Part shown: piece after piece, positions 50,060 to 63,399 of the stretch
Numbering within the stretch: the first letter of the stretch is position 1
Layout of the letters: each line of letters starts with the position of its first letter
Origin: Raillietiella orientalis
Lineage: Eukaryota
Direction of reading: 5' to 3'
Length of the DNA stretch: 64,000 nucleotides
Assembly: GCA_036172245.1 (NCBI GenBank)
Contig: JAYWIR010000001.1
Location: 1,550,001-1,614,000, forward strand
Translations under genes and position numbers: made by a program
The notes under the pieces: model-generated
Seen by the model: the letters and a program-made list of their open reading frames with translations, nothing else
What the model was told of the DNA's origin: nothing
Database searches by the model: none

Positions 50060-50700
50060 TGGTTCGCCAGGAACCGTCCGCCTCCTTGGAGGGAGGTGGT
50101 TGCCAAGCTCTTAAGCACCGTCCACGCCGCCACCCGGAGGCGCGTGTGGGCTCTTCAAGTCTTAGGGGGCAGCCCCACAGGGACCACCCTATGGAATCCA
50201 GGACGGCTCCAGAGGAAGGACAGTCCCCCTTACGCCTGGGAGGGGAACCCAGAAGGCATCCCTCGCCCTGGTTGTCTCATTTCTTCTCCGGAGGGAACCC
50301 CCGCAAGGGAACCTCTCCTTGCTCCTTCCACTGGAGAGAACCCCGAAGGGCGCTCCCTGAAGGGAGCACAGCTCCCCTTAAACTCTAGAGATGAAACTTC
50401 CTGAGGATGGTATCAACTAGCTCCATGGTAACCGGTTCCATTTTCGCAGCCTGGAATGACTCCGGAGGATCAACTTCCAGTCCCGGCCAATCAACGGGAT
50501 CATCCGGCTTCCACCAGTGCCGCCCCCGAAGTCCCCAATGCCAACCTGTGCCACCTTGCGGGGGAAATTGGGAACCCACGAAGCACCCCATCATTTCTCG
50601 GAGTCGATTTTTTCCTTGGGCGGGATTCGAACCCGCGACGCTCGGTGCCACGCGTGGACACCCGCAGCCATACGGCCGCCGACGAAGCCACACGGTTTCG
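50060..50700 (-). mobile_element. SINE-like repeat, copy 6 (appears near complete)
   Basis: GGGATTCGAACCC at 50622-50634. The body and 3' part (ctcttcaagtcttagggggcagccccacaggga..accctatggaa) closely match copy 7. Confidence 0.7.
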
Positions 50701-51399
50701 AGGTAACTGTGTGGCTTCTACGGTCCGAATTCCGTGGTTGGCGACCTTCGGAGCAGCCACGTTAGCTGCCTCACGAGAAAGAATCTTCCTTCCGTGAGGG
50801 CGGGAGGAAAGACCATGAAGGCCCCAGCGAAGGAGCTGCTGGATGCTCCTCTCGGCAAGAGCCCGATGGATCCGATACAGCTGGGTTCCCTCCATGTCGT
50901 CGCGCGCCTGCGTGGTCTTTCCATCCCGGATGAACAGGAAAGACGCGCACCCGGCAAACGGCCTGGGAGCCGTCCAGGGTACCGAGGACGAAGCCACGGG
51001 GGACTTGTCTTGAATCCACCCGCTCCTCCCTTCCTTTCAGATGCAGGACTCCTTCGGAAGCTGCTCTCCTCTTCGGCTGCCATGGGCTTGCTTGAGTGGC
51101 TGGCGCCGCGAAGACTGAGGAACGAAGTTGGTCCTTCCTTCTTGCATGGGAACGAGGACGGCTCGTCGATTTGCAATCAGGGATCGCCGGGACGTTTATT
51201 GAAACTTCACAAAATGATAGGACCATTGGCTCTATCAAGTCCTGGTATGGGCATGGCTTGCCGAGCGTTCGGTGCGCAGACCGGGTGGGGGAGTGTCCTC
51301 CGCAGCAGAGGAGATGGGAAAAAAATAAAAATAAAATAAAATATAAATACCTCTGGGGGACACGGGAAGGGAACACAAACTGCTGAGGGTCGTCCTCCG

Positions 51400-54300
51400 C
51401 ATCCTCTCCAGGATGCCGGCAAGTTCTTCTCTCGTATTCTCCAGGTCGGGCCATCTCGTTGCTTTCCGCAAAAACCGTAGGGCGAAGTGGATGGCGTCTC
51501 CCTGCTAGGGATGCAGCCGGAGGCAATGCGTCGCGTGCGATGAGGGGCAGGTCCCAGTGGGTTCCTGTGGTTGCCCCTCACAGGCGGTTCGAAGGGTCGT
51601 CTTCCCACAACGGTCGCGGGCAACGCAGTCCACGAGCAGGTGCGGAGGGTTTTACGTTCCTTACACCTGCTGCAATTCGTGTCCACACGCACCCGGGTCC
51701 AGCGATGTCGGCCCGCCTTCCATGGGAGGTCCCAGTGGCGACAGCAGAAGCGCCGACTCCTACCACTTGGGAAGGAGGTTGCGGGTTGTTCAGGAGCGCT
51801 GGGGGCCACTCGAGATCCTCACGGGGTTATCCTCAGCAGCTCTCCCCAACGCACAAGTTCTTTCAGCTGGAGACTCGGGGTTGCAGCGTCGGTTCGCTGG
51901 CCCGTGGTCCAACCAGTGAGCGTTCTGTTCTTCTGATGAAATCTCGCAGAAGACTTCCTGTTTCGCCGATAGGTTGCTGCTGTCGAGATGCTCCCTCAGG
52001 GGAGGTAACGCCGCGGCAAGGGACGTCCGTTCCACCCACGCACACTTGGGACTGCCGACGTAATGCTCGCGGTGTTCCAATCCCGCGCTCCTTGGTCCCT
52101 GCTGGAGGCCCTCCTCCTTGAACGGAAAGCGATTTCTTGCGCACTGCGCAAAGTCCCACAGATCCCCAAGGAAACCGCCAAACGCCGATCCTCAAACTGT
52201 GAAAGCGAGCTGCTGCCTTCAGCCCTCAAGGGCAATACGCATTCCTTGCACGAGAAGGTACAAGAATCTCAGCACAAGAGTTCGGCGGCCGCTGCTCCGG
52301 CTGCCTTCGTGATCAGGCAAACGGGAAGTTCTCTGGTCGAGCCTTTAATGCTGCCACTGTTCGAGTCGCAGCCTCCCCGTCGAATCTGGGTGATTCTGGC
52401 CTTGGTCAACACGTTCTTTGGTGGGCTCTGATGGTTGCCTTGTAGAGTCAGATGTGGGTCGGGTTTCCCGCCTCACCGGTTCCGGAGTGGCCATCGCCTG
52501 AAGGAAGTTCCGAATTTCTGCCTCGATGGTCGGGCAACAGTCGTCCGTGGCTTTGCCCCAGTGACCCAAGGTGTGTCCCAAAGCAGCTCAGAGGTCCCGA
52601 ATGAAAGGTGGGACTCCGACTTGTCCTGATGGGATAAGCTGGAACTTATCTTTAAGGAGACAGCTGTGAACTGCTGCAGCATGACGTCAAGAACGCTCCA
52701 GGGGCCATACCATTGAGGAAAGACATGAAAAACGTCCATGATGCTTGCTGGTCTTGTGAGCCGTAGCTCAAAGAGCTGCGCGTGAAACACTCGTCCGAAA
52801 CATCAGCACCTCGGCGCACCGTTGTCGTGGAGTGGCTGCTCAGGAGAGTGATGACCGAAAGAAGTCGGTTTCTGTGCCGTTTTGGTAGAGCCACCGCCGA
52901 GCTAACCACAGTGTTAAGGAGTTCATACCTTTTTCTTCTCTTTTCTTTTCATCTCCTTCGGAATCTTGGCAAGAAATCTGAGAGAGCATGAAGAGCACCA
53001 CGAACTTTTTCCTCAGGGCAGTTGTTCTTCTGAGTTCGTCAATTAGCACAGCGCGCGTCTTAGCAACGGCCAGTATTTGCAGTTCCTCGCCGAAGTGTAG
53101 TGGCCGGAAGCAGAACACCATCACCAACAACAACAAAAACAACGACAACAACACAATGTTGGGAGGGAGGAGCACACTGTGGTTGGGGCAAATACTCTGG
53201 TCTCGTCAGAGGCCGGGAAAAGGATGCTGAGCAGCAGCGGCCTACCGATGCGACCGCTCCTGGTGTGAAGTCCGAAGGCCGTGGAGTGTGGCGTAATGAC
53301 CAGCACGACCGTGGCCCGTGGGGTCGGCCCGAACCTTGAATGGCCCCCTCCCTCTTGCTCCTGCCACCGTTTCCCAGGATGGTTGCTGAGAAACACAGAC
53401 GCCGTTTCCCAGGATGCCCTGCCGGCCACCCCTTCCTCAGCCTCTCAGGCGTTGTCGCAGCGGGGGAGCTGCAAGAGCAGAGCCTCCTTATGTGATCTTC
53501 CTGGGATTTCCGCCAGCGCTTCCTGGACCGGCATTTCACCGCCTCAGAGTGCTCTTTGAGTAGCTGCGCGTCTCACATGCCCTCAAGGGGTTCCCTCCAC
53601 CTCGCGGGCGCAGGATCGGCTGCGATTTCGCCCGGGCTATGACCCATCTCAATTCATGGATGCGACCGCGCATTCACAGCGGCTCCTCGAAGGAGCGCCG
53701 CTTCCGACGCAACCCTTTCCTGACGCGAGCCCGCGGGAGCGGGATCCGTGCCCCCCCTCCTTCCCCGTCCCGCCGGAAGTACTGGGAGGAACGCGGTCTC
53801 TCCTGCTACAGGAGGGAAGGAACGGAACCTCAAGTAGTGACGTCACGCACGCACCTCGGGCTGTGCCGGACGACTGCCTTCGGGCCGCCCGTCCTGCGAC
53901 GCGTCCGACGCGCCTTTCCGGCGTCCGCCCGGAAACGTCTGCGGGGCTCAGTGACGGTCGACGGCTCCTCCCAGCCGGGTCGTGAGAGGTCGCTTTGCCC
54001 TTCCGGTACTAGGTCTGGGACTGTTCTACCCACGCTGGTCCGTCCGTCGGGGCTTTTCCGGGCCTCCCGCAATTGGTCTCATATGCGCGCTTGGTATTCC
54101 CCCCCTGACGGGCGACCGTGCTTCTCGCAAGCTGTAGGGTCTCCAGGTCACCGCTCCAGGGCCAAGTCTGCAGAAGGGAGACAACCCCGGACGGAGCGGA
54201 CGGCAAGTCGCCCGTGACCTACGGAGGAGATGCGCCCGACGGAGGGAGGAGGCGAGAAGCAGCTGCGTGTGCCGCCCAGCTGATGAACGTCATGTCCGCG

Positions 54301-55600
54301 GTGTCCCGAGGCGGGGTACGCGGGGTCAGAGGAAGCTGTAGGTGCCGAAACTCCGCTTCGGAAACGGAAGAGGAGAGAGAGAGGGGCGGGAGAGAACGAT
54401 CTTCCTGGCAACTGGGGTCTCCCGTCGTCCGGCGCACTCCCTTTCCTGGAGCTGAAGCCCGCTCGAGTATTGGGTTTGGACCGAGCCGGGTCGACTGCGG
54501 TGAGGCGCCCGGAAGAGTGTCGGTCGGTGCGTGCACGATCCCCGAGGAGGCAAGCTGTGGGTTCCGCGCATGGGTGCGCTTTGTCGCCAAGGGAAACGGC
54601 GTCCTCCCGGGGGGAGGGGTTTCGTCTGAATGGTGAGCAGCGATGACAACCGGCGCTGCTGCCGAACTCTTTTCGCTGGCACTGCCTGGCGCTCCATGCC
54701 AGCTTGGCGAATGAAGGAGAAATCCTTCGTGCTACCTGGGTCGGTCCGAAGCTGCTGCACCAAGCCGACTCCGCGTCGCCATCGCAGAATCCCCCCAGGG
54801 CGATGATCCCGCTGGCGCGGCGAGTGTTCTCGCCCTCGGTTCGGAATCTGGATCCCGTTCCGGACTTTCCCCGTCGGGGGGGTCGAATCCCCGGAGGCGG
54901 GGAAGAGACAATGGTCTCCGGGGGGCTAAGAAGCGTCCGAGCAGCAGCTGTTCCCACCCTGCGGGGCGATCGGCGGGCATCCTTCTCGGTAGGTAATCCG
55001 GGAAGATTCGCTCCATTCAGGGGGGCCGCAGCCGCGCATCGCTCATCCCCTCGGACGGCCGCGCGCCCCTTTTGTGAAGCAGCATCCATGCGTCGAAGAG
55101 GCACAAAGAAATCCCGGGTCGACAAAAACGAAGGCGCGGGGGGGAGGGGGGATTTTTTTCCGAGTGCCTCCGTGACGTACCCACTGCGCACCCGAGTCTG
55201 GTCGGGGGGAAACGTCGGAGCCTCCGCGCTCCCTGCCTCGGTCGTCTCCGAGAGGGGAAAAGCGGTTTCCCAGGACGCGGTGGCCGCAAGAGGGTGGTTG
55301 ATGGCGGTGGGGCGCGAGGCGCCCCAAATTCCTGAACTCGCGCGCGCGCACGCTCCATGTGTCCGCTGCATGCTCTCGGAGGACCTCGGACGCTTCGTGA
55401 GTCGCCAATCAGCGGGGCCGCCGTGGCGACAGCCACCGAGTGGGAGTCTCCTGCAGAAGGAAGGGAGGGGGGGAACCTGCTCTCCCTGGCAGAAGGCGCG
55501 GCTCCCGACTAGCCGAGCCGGGAGGTGTCCCGGACAAGTCGTGTTGCGTTCCCTTGGTTGCTTCCGCGCGTGCCTCAGAGGAAACGTCTCCTAGCTGCTC
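51400..55600 (-). mobile_element. Near full-length but heavily decayed L1/Tx1-type LINE ORF2 (EN-RT-CCHC)
   Basis: Collinear motifs: FLLQET (55442-55462), GIIALGGF (about 54800), PGKAPTDG (54039-54062), EIPGRS (about 53500), HFGEE..VLID, VLMF-(A)DE with a 1-nt deletion (52790-52809), QFTAVSLKI..DKSE, RLEQWQH*RL, WRFPWG..VRKKSL..KEEG, and CSRC..TL.HLLVDC (51625-51674). Confidence 0.7.
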
Positions 55601-57649
55601 TTCCAGGACCCGTTTCCGGGACAGAATGCTGCTGAGGCTGGGAACAGGATGAGGAATTCTCGCGTTGGAAAAAAAAAACTCCTTCCTCCTCCTCCTCCTT
55701 CATTCCTGTGTTTTGTTTTTTTTTTCCTTTAAATTTATTTCCCGCTTCTGTCTGGCTGCTTCTAGCCCGGATTTTGTCTTTTTTTTTTTTTCCTCGGGAG
55801 AGGGAGGGGGTTTCGCCTCTGCGAACCGGAAACAGGAAACAAGGATGTGTGCGTGTGTGCTGCTTGCGTCTCCAAGAGGGCCAGCGCACTGAGGCGTGGC
55901 ACGAGTTCCTGCGGCAGGAAAAAAAGAAAGAAATACGAAAACACTCACACTCACACACACCACACGTAGTGTAGCTTGATCGCCTCCTCCTCTTCCTCCT
56001 CTTCCTTCCAGCATCTTCCTTCTGCGCAGGGATTTTCTCCCTCTCCTTTCATCCCTCATTTTCTCCCTTTTGGCCATCCGCTGCAACGGTCCCTTCGCTT
56101 GTGCGCCTCCTTCCGTGGGACTCGCGGTAGAGAGTCTGCAGGACGTCGCCAAGTCCGTTGCTATGCCAGGCATCCGGCCGGTCAGGCCTCTCCCGGAGAT
56201 GCTTTCTTTGCTTCATCAGCTCCATTGAAGTGCAAAATCTGCCGCTATTGAACTGGTCCTTGGAGATTCTTCTCTGTTGCCGTCTTGCGAACGTGTCACC
56301 ATGTGACCTCTTCTTCTTCCGGACGTCTTCCCTGACCGCACGACTCCTGGCTTCCGTAATTTCCCTTCCTCTGCATTGCGGCTTGAAGCAGCACGCAGAG
56401 GTTCTCCTGAGTGAAGTTCCCTCCTCCTCGTCCTCCTCCTCCTTCCCTCCCCTCCCCCCGCTTAGCTCTTCACGAAAGTCCCCTTCTTTTATAAATAATA
56501 GGACCCATCGAGCCCACTTTAAAAATGGGCACAAGGAATCCCCGTGCTTTGTCTGCTGAATCCCTCCGCGCGCGCAGCGCACGGAAACTCTTTGCGCACA
56601 AAGAATTCCTAAGGACGGGGCGCTGGTTGAGTTATTTTGGGTCCCTGAAGGCGCGTGTGCAGCAGCAGCAACACGCCGCGAGCCTCGGTCGGTGTGGTGG
56701 AAACTGCGCTGAGTTGATCTGCATGCCTCCGTTTTTCGTGTTCTCGATGGCGGAGGGGGATGCAGGACCACCTTTGCTTTTGTTTTTGTTTGAAAAAAGA
56801 ACTCTTCCGAGATTCCTTCGACTGTTGCTTTGAATGTTTGACACGGGGAAGAGCCGCCGACCGAAGTCGCGTCGGAAGCGCTTTCCGAGGAACCGACGGC
56901 GCGCTGCAAGAGTTGGGCGTCGTCTCGAGACCGGAGCCACCACCGTCCGAGCTTGCGAGGGCGCAGCGCGGACGCGGGGCGACTTTCCCACTTACTTGGG
57001 GGAGGCGGGGGCGGTGCGCGCCATGTCATGAAGAAGAAGAAGAGCGGGAAGCCTTCCGCACGTCCGTCCAGAGGGAACAGGACGACGACGGAGCGGGCAC
57101 GCTTTTTCTTCGCGAAGCGCTTTCGGTTTTCCGGACCGCGTTCGCGGCACCTGGAACATCCCGCGTTCCTGTCGCTTCCAGAGCGTGAGACCGATGATGT
57201 GTTGTTCCCAGAGAGGTCCGCTCCCTTCGCGCCATGAACAAACTTTCCTCGTTCCCGGTTTCCAAGACGGGAAGGGAACGCAAACAATCCCAGGAGCGTG
57301 GTGGCTGCACGCGGCACACGTGGCGCGGGATTGCGCAACGCGAGTTCTCGGTTTGCTAATTTTTCCTTTTTTTCTCTCTCTTTTTTTTTTTTTTTTTTCA
57401 CTTGGTGAAAGCGCGCATCTCGCGCCAGCCTCCACCGAAAGACGACTCGCAGCATCCGTATGCTGGGAGCATGTGGCGTTTATCTCCCTTCGAAATCCTT
57501 GAACTCTGAGGAGAAAGAATTCGACGTCTGTGCATATTTCCGATAGATAGGTCGGGCGCTTCCGCTCCGGGCATGGCACCGCCACGTGCGGTTCGGATGC
57601 CTTGACGACCAAGCGTGGCTGCCGGAACTCTTCACGGAACTGGCTTCCA

Positions 57650-58350
57650 TATGACTCTCTCCCTCAGAGCGCTTTGGGGAGGATCGCTTCGGGGAACACG
57701 GAGCCGGCGTGCCGCGCCCTGGTACTCCCCTGGTTGCTGCGCCGCCATGACCTCGAATTCCCGGATGGCGCCGGGCACTCGACGGTGCGAAGCGACGGCC
57801 GGCAGGCGGTTGCAGGTGCGAGCTTTTTAAAAAGCCGGGGGTCGAACATGCACGGAGGATCGAAAGTGTTGTCTTGGGAGCGGTTGCTGTGGGAACCGTG
57901 TCAGCGCCGACTCGCAGACAGCTTCCTTCCGTCCGGAAAGACCGGAGCCAGCGGGCGCAGCAGCGTAACTCACGCGGGTGCCCTCGGTCCAAGAGCGCGG
58001 GGAGTCCGCTTTCTCCTTGGTCCACCCTCACTGGGGATCGCAGGTAAGGTCGCGACCTGGGCGAACGCTCGCGGAGTCGGGCTCGGTGGCTGGAGAAGCC
58101 TTAAGCTCGGATCTCCGCCGGCGGAAGGCACGCCTGCAATTGGCGTTTGCAGCACCCGCCACGCGTTCTTTCTTTCCCGCAACTCCAGGTGCCTACCACT
58201 CGATCCCGTTCCCTCAAACCTTTCCGTCCCTAGGAGAGTGGATGCACGCTCTTTGGCGAGGAAGAGCTCTCACGCCTTCCAGGCAGTTGGGAAGAAACTG
58301 CTGGAAACGGGCAGAGCGGTCGTCCTACGGCTGTAGCCCTCAGGTAGAAC
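57650..58350 (-). mobile_element. Decayed LINE post-RT fragment
   Basis: RHLEL...NAW followed by RVDQGESGLPAL..ARWL (like P..EGG.GLP.L....W). Confidence 0.35.
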
Positions 58351-60699
58351 AGCCTCCGGTCTTTTCATTCTTGACGTGTTCAGCACAGGCCAAAAGCTCC
58401 GTTCATAAATTAGACAAAAAAAAAAAGAAGCCGAAGACACCGTAAAGATGAGAAAGATACTGCTGGCTCTGCAATCCTGACGAATGCTTCACTGACCAAC
58501 AGTTGCTGCTGAAAGAGAAGACATTGTGGAGGAGCGACGCTGAATCCCTTGGAGCTCGCCTTCCTTGCGGTCTTTGGTCGCAGCTGCCGCGTCCCCGTGG
58601 CGACCTGGAATGGAAGTTGGAGGGGGGAGGCCTTCCTCGCGGAGCGAAGGTGCAGAGAAGAAGGAACCCGTCGTCAAGGTGTAGAGAGGCTGGTCGTCGG
58701 AATCACTCTTGAGCCACCATCTGTTGCCGTTTGATTTCAGCGCCAGCCATCGGAAACTCCCGTTCAGAACGGACGGCAGAAGGCGGTCGCCCGCGGTCGT
58801 GCGCTTCTCCTGGTGGCCGACTCCACGGTTCCCTCCATCCTGAGAGTCACCATCTTATTTTTTTTTTATATATTTTTGTTGTTGTTGTTGTTGTTGTGCG
58901 TGTAAGTGCGTCCCCCCCCCCACCTCCTCCGGACCAGTAGGAAGTAAATCTTCTTCTGGCGGCGTTCCTCCCAGGCACCCTTTGGTCCGCGAAGAGGAAC
59001 TCCTCTTTCTCCGCTTCCTTCCGACGATGCTTCCCGCGTGAGGAGGCCCTCCCACGTTTCTCGCGGGACGGAGCTTCCTCCGCGGATCCTCGATCTTTCC
59101 GATTTCCCTCGGCCTCCCCTTCATTTTCCTCCCTCCTCCTCCCCGATCTTCCGTCCCGGAGATGCGCTGCGAGCGTTTTCGTTTTCCCTTCGGCCGAGGG
59201 AGCTGCTCGAAAAGCCAGGCGTTTCGGATTTCGCGACCGCGCCGGAAAAAACAAGAGACCATAAAGTGTGGAGGCGACGCTGGAAACCTCCTGCAGCAGC
59301 AGCATCAGCAGCATCAGCAGCGGAGTCGCTTCTCCTTCCACCATGTGTGCTCCCCCCGGTTCCGCGCTCGCTCCCCTCTTCCCATGGGAGCAGGAGGAGG
59401 AGAGCTCCGGCCAGAGGACCGCGCGCGCGGGTGCTCGGGTCCCTTCTCTTGTTTTGTTCCGCGGGAATCGCCTCTTTTTCCGCCGCGCAACCGAGGCTGC
59501 GCGCGAGCCTCTCCGCGGAGGAGAGGGAGAGGGGAGAGAGGGGCAAGGAAAAGAAAAAAAAAAAGAAAAAAGAAGCCAACGCTGCCAAGAAGAACTCCTT
59601 CGTTCGCTCGCACCCCGCGTGATCGCATCGCTCGCCCCGACAAATGACGGAAAGCGCATCGCTCATGTTCGATGAACTCGGCGGGCTCGCGCGCTCGCTG
59701 CGCCCGGAGCACGCGCATGCGCGCGAAGCGCGATCGCGCGCCGCGAACGGTGGCGCGGATAACCTTCGGCGCCTCGAGACGAACACGCGGAAAAGCGATG
59801 CGTGCGATCTCTCCCACGCAAAACGCGCGCGCGTGCGAACGCAGCAGCAAACAAAACGCGCGCAAAAAATTCTTTTCTTGGAGTTTTCAGCTGCCTCCTG
59901 CGTTCCCTTTCGACAACCGAGCGAGCGTCTTCGACGAGGGAATCTGGAAGAGGGAGGGGGGAGGAGGAACCGCACGAGATTGCAAAAGAGGGGGAAACCC
60001 GACGCATCCATACAGGATTCCCCGCTGCCGGCAGGTGTGCGCGCGCGCGTGCAATCGCGCGCGTTGCGACACGGAACGTGCGCCGCGCGCAAAACGCTCG
60101 CTTTCGCTTCCTCCCCCCCCCTCCCTCCCTCCCTCCCTCCGTCTCCTCCGCCACCGCCGCTCGCTAAGCCGAAAAAAAAAAAAAAAAAAGAAGAAATTCC
60201 TCCCCCATCTTCGCCTCCCCCCCCCCCTCCCCGCTCTTCCTGCTCCGCTGCGCAACTAATCCTCCGCATCCTGCCCTGCGTCCTCGAGTCTCTCGGAATT
60301 CGCCCGGGAAATCCGATTCTCGCTTCTGGTATTTTCATCCTCAGCTTCCGCGCCCGAGCCGCCGAGCGCCTTCTGCCCTGCGGACGAATGAAAGGAGGGG
60401 TCGGTCGCATCGCGGGCCCCTCCTCCTTGCTCGGGACGGGGTATAATTCCCCCCCCCCCCTTTCTCCCCTTCCCTGCGGAAGAAGCAGCAGCAGCGACTG
60501 GCACCTCCTGCGCCTGCGTGCGACCTCGGGGGATTTTTTTCCCCTTCCACGATCCGACCCGTCCAGCCGCCCTCACCGGCGTGGGGCGGGGATGTGCCTG
60601 CCGCTCCCGCGTGATGTGACGTGCCCGACAGAAACGCCCTCTCTTCCCCCTTTCCACTCCCGGTCAAAGGCTGCCTCTCTTCCGTCTCACCCATTGTTT

Positions 60700-61640
60700 T
60701 TGGGTTCGCCAAGTGCTGAAGAACCGTCCGCCTCCTTGGGGGGGAGGTGGTCACGAAGCCCTGAAAGCACCGTCCACGCCATCCTGGGGTACGTGCGACT
60801 CTTCAAGTCTTAGGGGGCAGCCCCACAGGGAACACCCTATGGAACCCAGGACGGCTCAAGAGGAAGGACAGTCTCCCTTGCGCCTGGGAGGGGAACCCAG
60901 AAGGCTCCCCTCGCCCTGGTTGTCTCATTTCTTCTCCAGAGGGAACCCCCGCAAGGGAACCTCTCTCCTACATCCCTCCCTCCTCTGGAGTGAACCCTGA
61001 AGGGACGCTTTCCGATTTTCCTGGTTGCATCAACCAGCTTCATTTTCCCAGCCGGAGGGATTCCTGGAAGGATCCTGGCGGGTCAGCTCCCCATCCCGTT
61101 CCAGTTAACGGTCAACGGGGTCATCCGGTTTCTTCTCCGAAGGGAATCTCTTCCTTCTTCTCTCCGGAGGGACGGATGTAGCCTCCTGCAGGGGGCCACT
61201 CCTCGTTTCTTCCTCAAGGGCAACGCGGAAAGGATCTGTTCCTGGAATTTCTCCTCCGCAAGGAACCACAAGGGAATCACCCCCTGTTTTCGCCTCTGAA
61301 GAGAACCCTGGAGGGAGCAGCGCGCTTCCTGACACTCTGGAGAGGCATCAACCAACCAGCTCCATGGTAACGGCTCTATCCTCACGACCGAAGGGGAAAC
61401 TTCGAAGGGTTCCTCCTTGATTCCCGGAATGACCTCGGAAGGTCAACCTCCAATCCCGACCAGTCCAACGGGGGCGTCCGGCTTTCACCAGTGCCACACC
61501 TGAAGCCCAACGAGACTGATCAGCGCCATCCTGCTGGAGGGACTCGGAACCCACGAAGCACCCCTTCGTTTCTCAAGAGTCGACTTTTTCCTTGCCTAGG
61601 ATTCGAACCCGCGACGTTCGGTGCGCCACGGCGCGGAGAC
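60700..61640 (-). mobile_element. SINE-like repeat, copy 7, with internal duplicated module
   Basis: GGATTCGAACCC at 61599-61610. The module catcaacc.agct.cat...gattcc.ggaa..ggtca..tcc.atccc appears twice (about 61030-61130 and 61345-61490). Confidence 0.7.
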
Positions 61641-61849
61641 CGCGTCCGCCAAAGCGGCGGCTCTTTCTCCACCTCGGAAGGCTTCGAAAGCCCCAGGCTG
61701 CCTTCCGATAGACTCCGAGATCCCACCTCTTCCGCGCGGTGGGGAGGAGGGGGAGGGGAGGGAAGCCAACCTGCTCCAGCCCGCAGGGGCGAAGAGGACG
61801 CAAGCGTCGCGCCTGCGCACCTTTTCCCTCTAGAGGGGGAAACCCGCCG

Positions 61850-63100
61850 AGACGTGGTCATCTCTCCGAATGGCGGTGACCCAGATACGCTCGCACCCTT
61901 GTACCTCGAAGCAGGCGCTTGCGTCGCCGAGAAGCAGCAGCTCTTATCGTCGGTCTGGGATTGCACAGGGCTATCTGCAATCCATCCCCATTTGCTCAAC
62001 GTCCGATTTAACGAACCTCGCTCAGGGTCGCGGCGACGGGAGCTCCTGCCTCGCCTCGGACGGTTCCGCCCCTCGCTCCTGTGTCACGGAGCCTCTCGGA
62101 GCTTCCAGCCCGTGCCAACAGTCCCAGGGCGTTCAACTGACATCGCGTCCGCGCGGCTTGCCCTCCCTGGTTTCTGTGTCACCTGCTTCCCTCCCCCCCT
62201 CTCCCTTGTCGACGTCTTTTCAACGCCCGCAGAACTCTTTTCTGGAACTCCCGGCCGGACGCCTCCACCGCTTAGCTGGTTCGGGGGGGGGGGCCTTCCG
62301 CGCGTCCGTCCGTCGGCGAAAAATTGCGTCGTGCCGTCGGGCACCTGAACGACTGCAAAGCCGGGCATGTGATGACCTCCGGTTTTTCGTCATCAACAAA
62401 GCCTGTCAAGCCGGGCCGACGAAACGGCGGAGAGAGGGAGAGCGAAAGAGGAAGAGGGGGAAGGAGGAAGAGAGGGAAGGGGGGGGGGGGGGAAGAAACA
62501 AACAGTTTGTTCCTTTTGTGCGCCCCTGAATGCTGCAGTCCGTTCCTGACGTGGGCATCTTTTCTTGCAGAGCTGATCATTAATAATGCCTCCGTGTCTC
62601 GATGCTACTGGAAGAAGGCTATCATTATCGTGTTTTGTGTGTTCGCTCTGCTGATCAGCGAAGCCGCTCATCCGGCTCAAGAAGTTCAAGACTGGGAGAA
62701 GGGTTTCAAGAAGCCCCGCACTGGAGGGAATCCGCCACGACCGAGACACGCCACAGCAGGGAAGGGGTGAGGAGGAGTGGTTCGACCACAAACCGAGGAG
62801 TCCAGAGCCACCTTTCCTTCCTGCAAGCTCAAGCGCTCCTTCGTGGACCAACGGGGCTTGCTCTTCCGTCACGCGCGCGCGCGTGCGCGCGCGTTTGGCA
62901 CCCACGTAAGAGGGCGCGCGGTCTCCGCTGCCCACACGGGGTAAGCTAACGGCTACTCGGCTCGCCGGAATCCGGACGGAACGCCGCTAGAGGCTTCGAC
63001 AGGGCGTTGGCATTCGGACGGGGGCTGCGCCGCCTACTCCGGCGGTCTCCGGGACTCTTCCAGGACGTCCCAGAACGCCCTACGCGTGGGAGTGTTCCGA
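61850..63100 (+). mobile_element. Decayed L1/Tx1-type LINE RT fragment
   Basis: ISPNGGDPD..LY..SVW, GRFRPSLLC (62058-62084), VPGRSTDI (62121 onward) and IINN.SVSR..FALLISE..GFKKP. Confidence 0.55.
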
Positions 63101-63399
63101 GGGATCGGAAACCTCCAGTCCGGAAAGCGAAACTGTGGGGTGGAAGGGCGGGGGGGGGGAAGAGAGAGGTTCTCGGTTTAAGACGCAGGGTTGCCAGAAG
63201 AGAAAGCGACCACTTTGTCGCACTTCGAGCAGCACGTTTCTTTCCTTTCTTGTTCCTGCAGAGAGAGATTTTCGAACTGCGCAGTCTCTCTCGCTCTCTT
63301 TTTCCGCCTTTAACGCTGAGGTTCCTCTGCATCTTCTGAAATACAGCTCTGCTGCACGAATGGCATGCAGAGAGATGTGAGGAGGCCACGCCGTTGGGA

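Noticed and set aside
50040-50745. Imperfect direct repeats (tccgaat.ccgtggtt) as a TSD of SINE copy 6
   Set aside because: Part of the left repeat (ggttcgcca) is also present at the end of copy 7, so it probably belongs to the element. The match is too imperfect to call a TSD.
56049-57455. 468-aa minus-strand ORF
   Set aside because: It runs through homopolymers and simple repeats (poly-K, poly-F, poly-P) with no recognisable domain. This is an expected stop-free run in GC-rich DNA.
59121-60813. Overlapping 429-aa (-) and 389-aa (+) ORFs
   Set aside because: They are low-complexity GC/CGCG and poly-purine tracts open on both strands, with no family motifs or splice context.
9919-61610. GGTTCGAATCC motifs as true tRNA genes
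   Set aside because: No full cloverleaf, clear A box or oligo-T terminator was seen. Each motif is attached to a shared repeat body.
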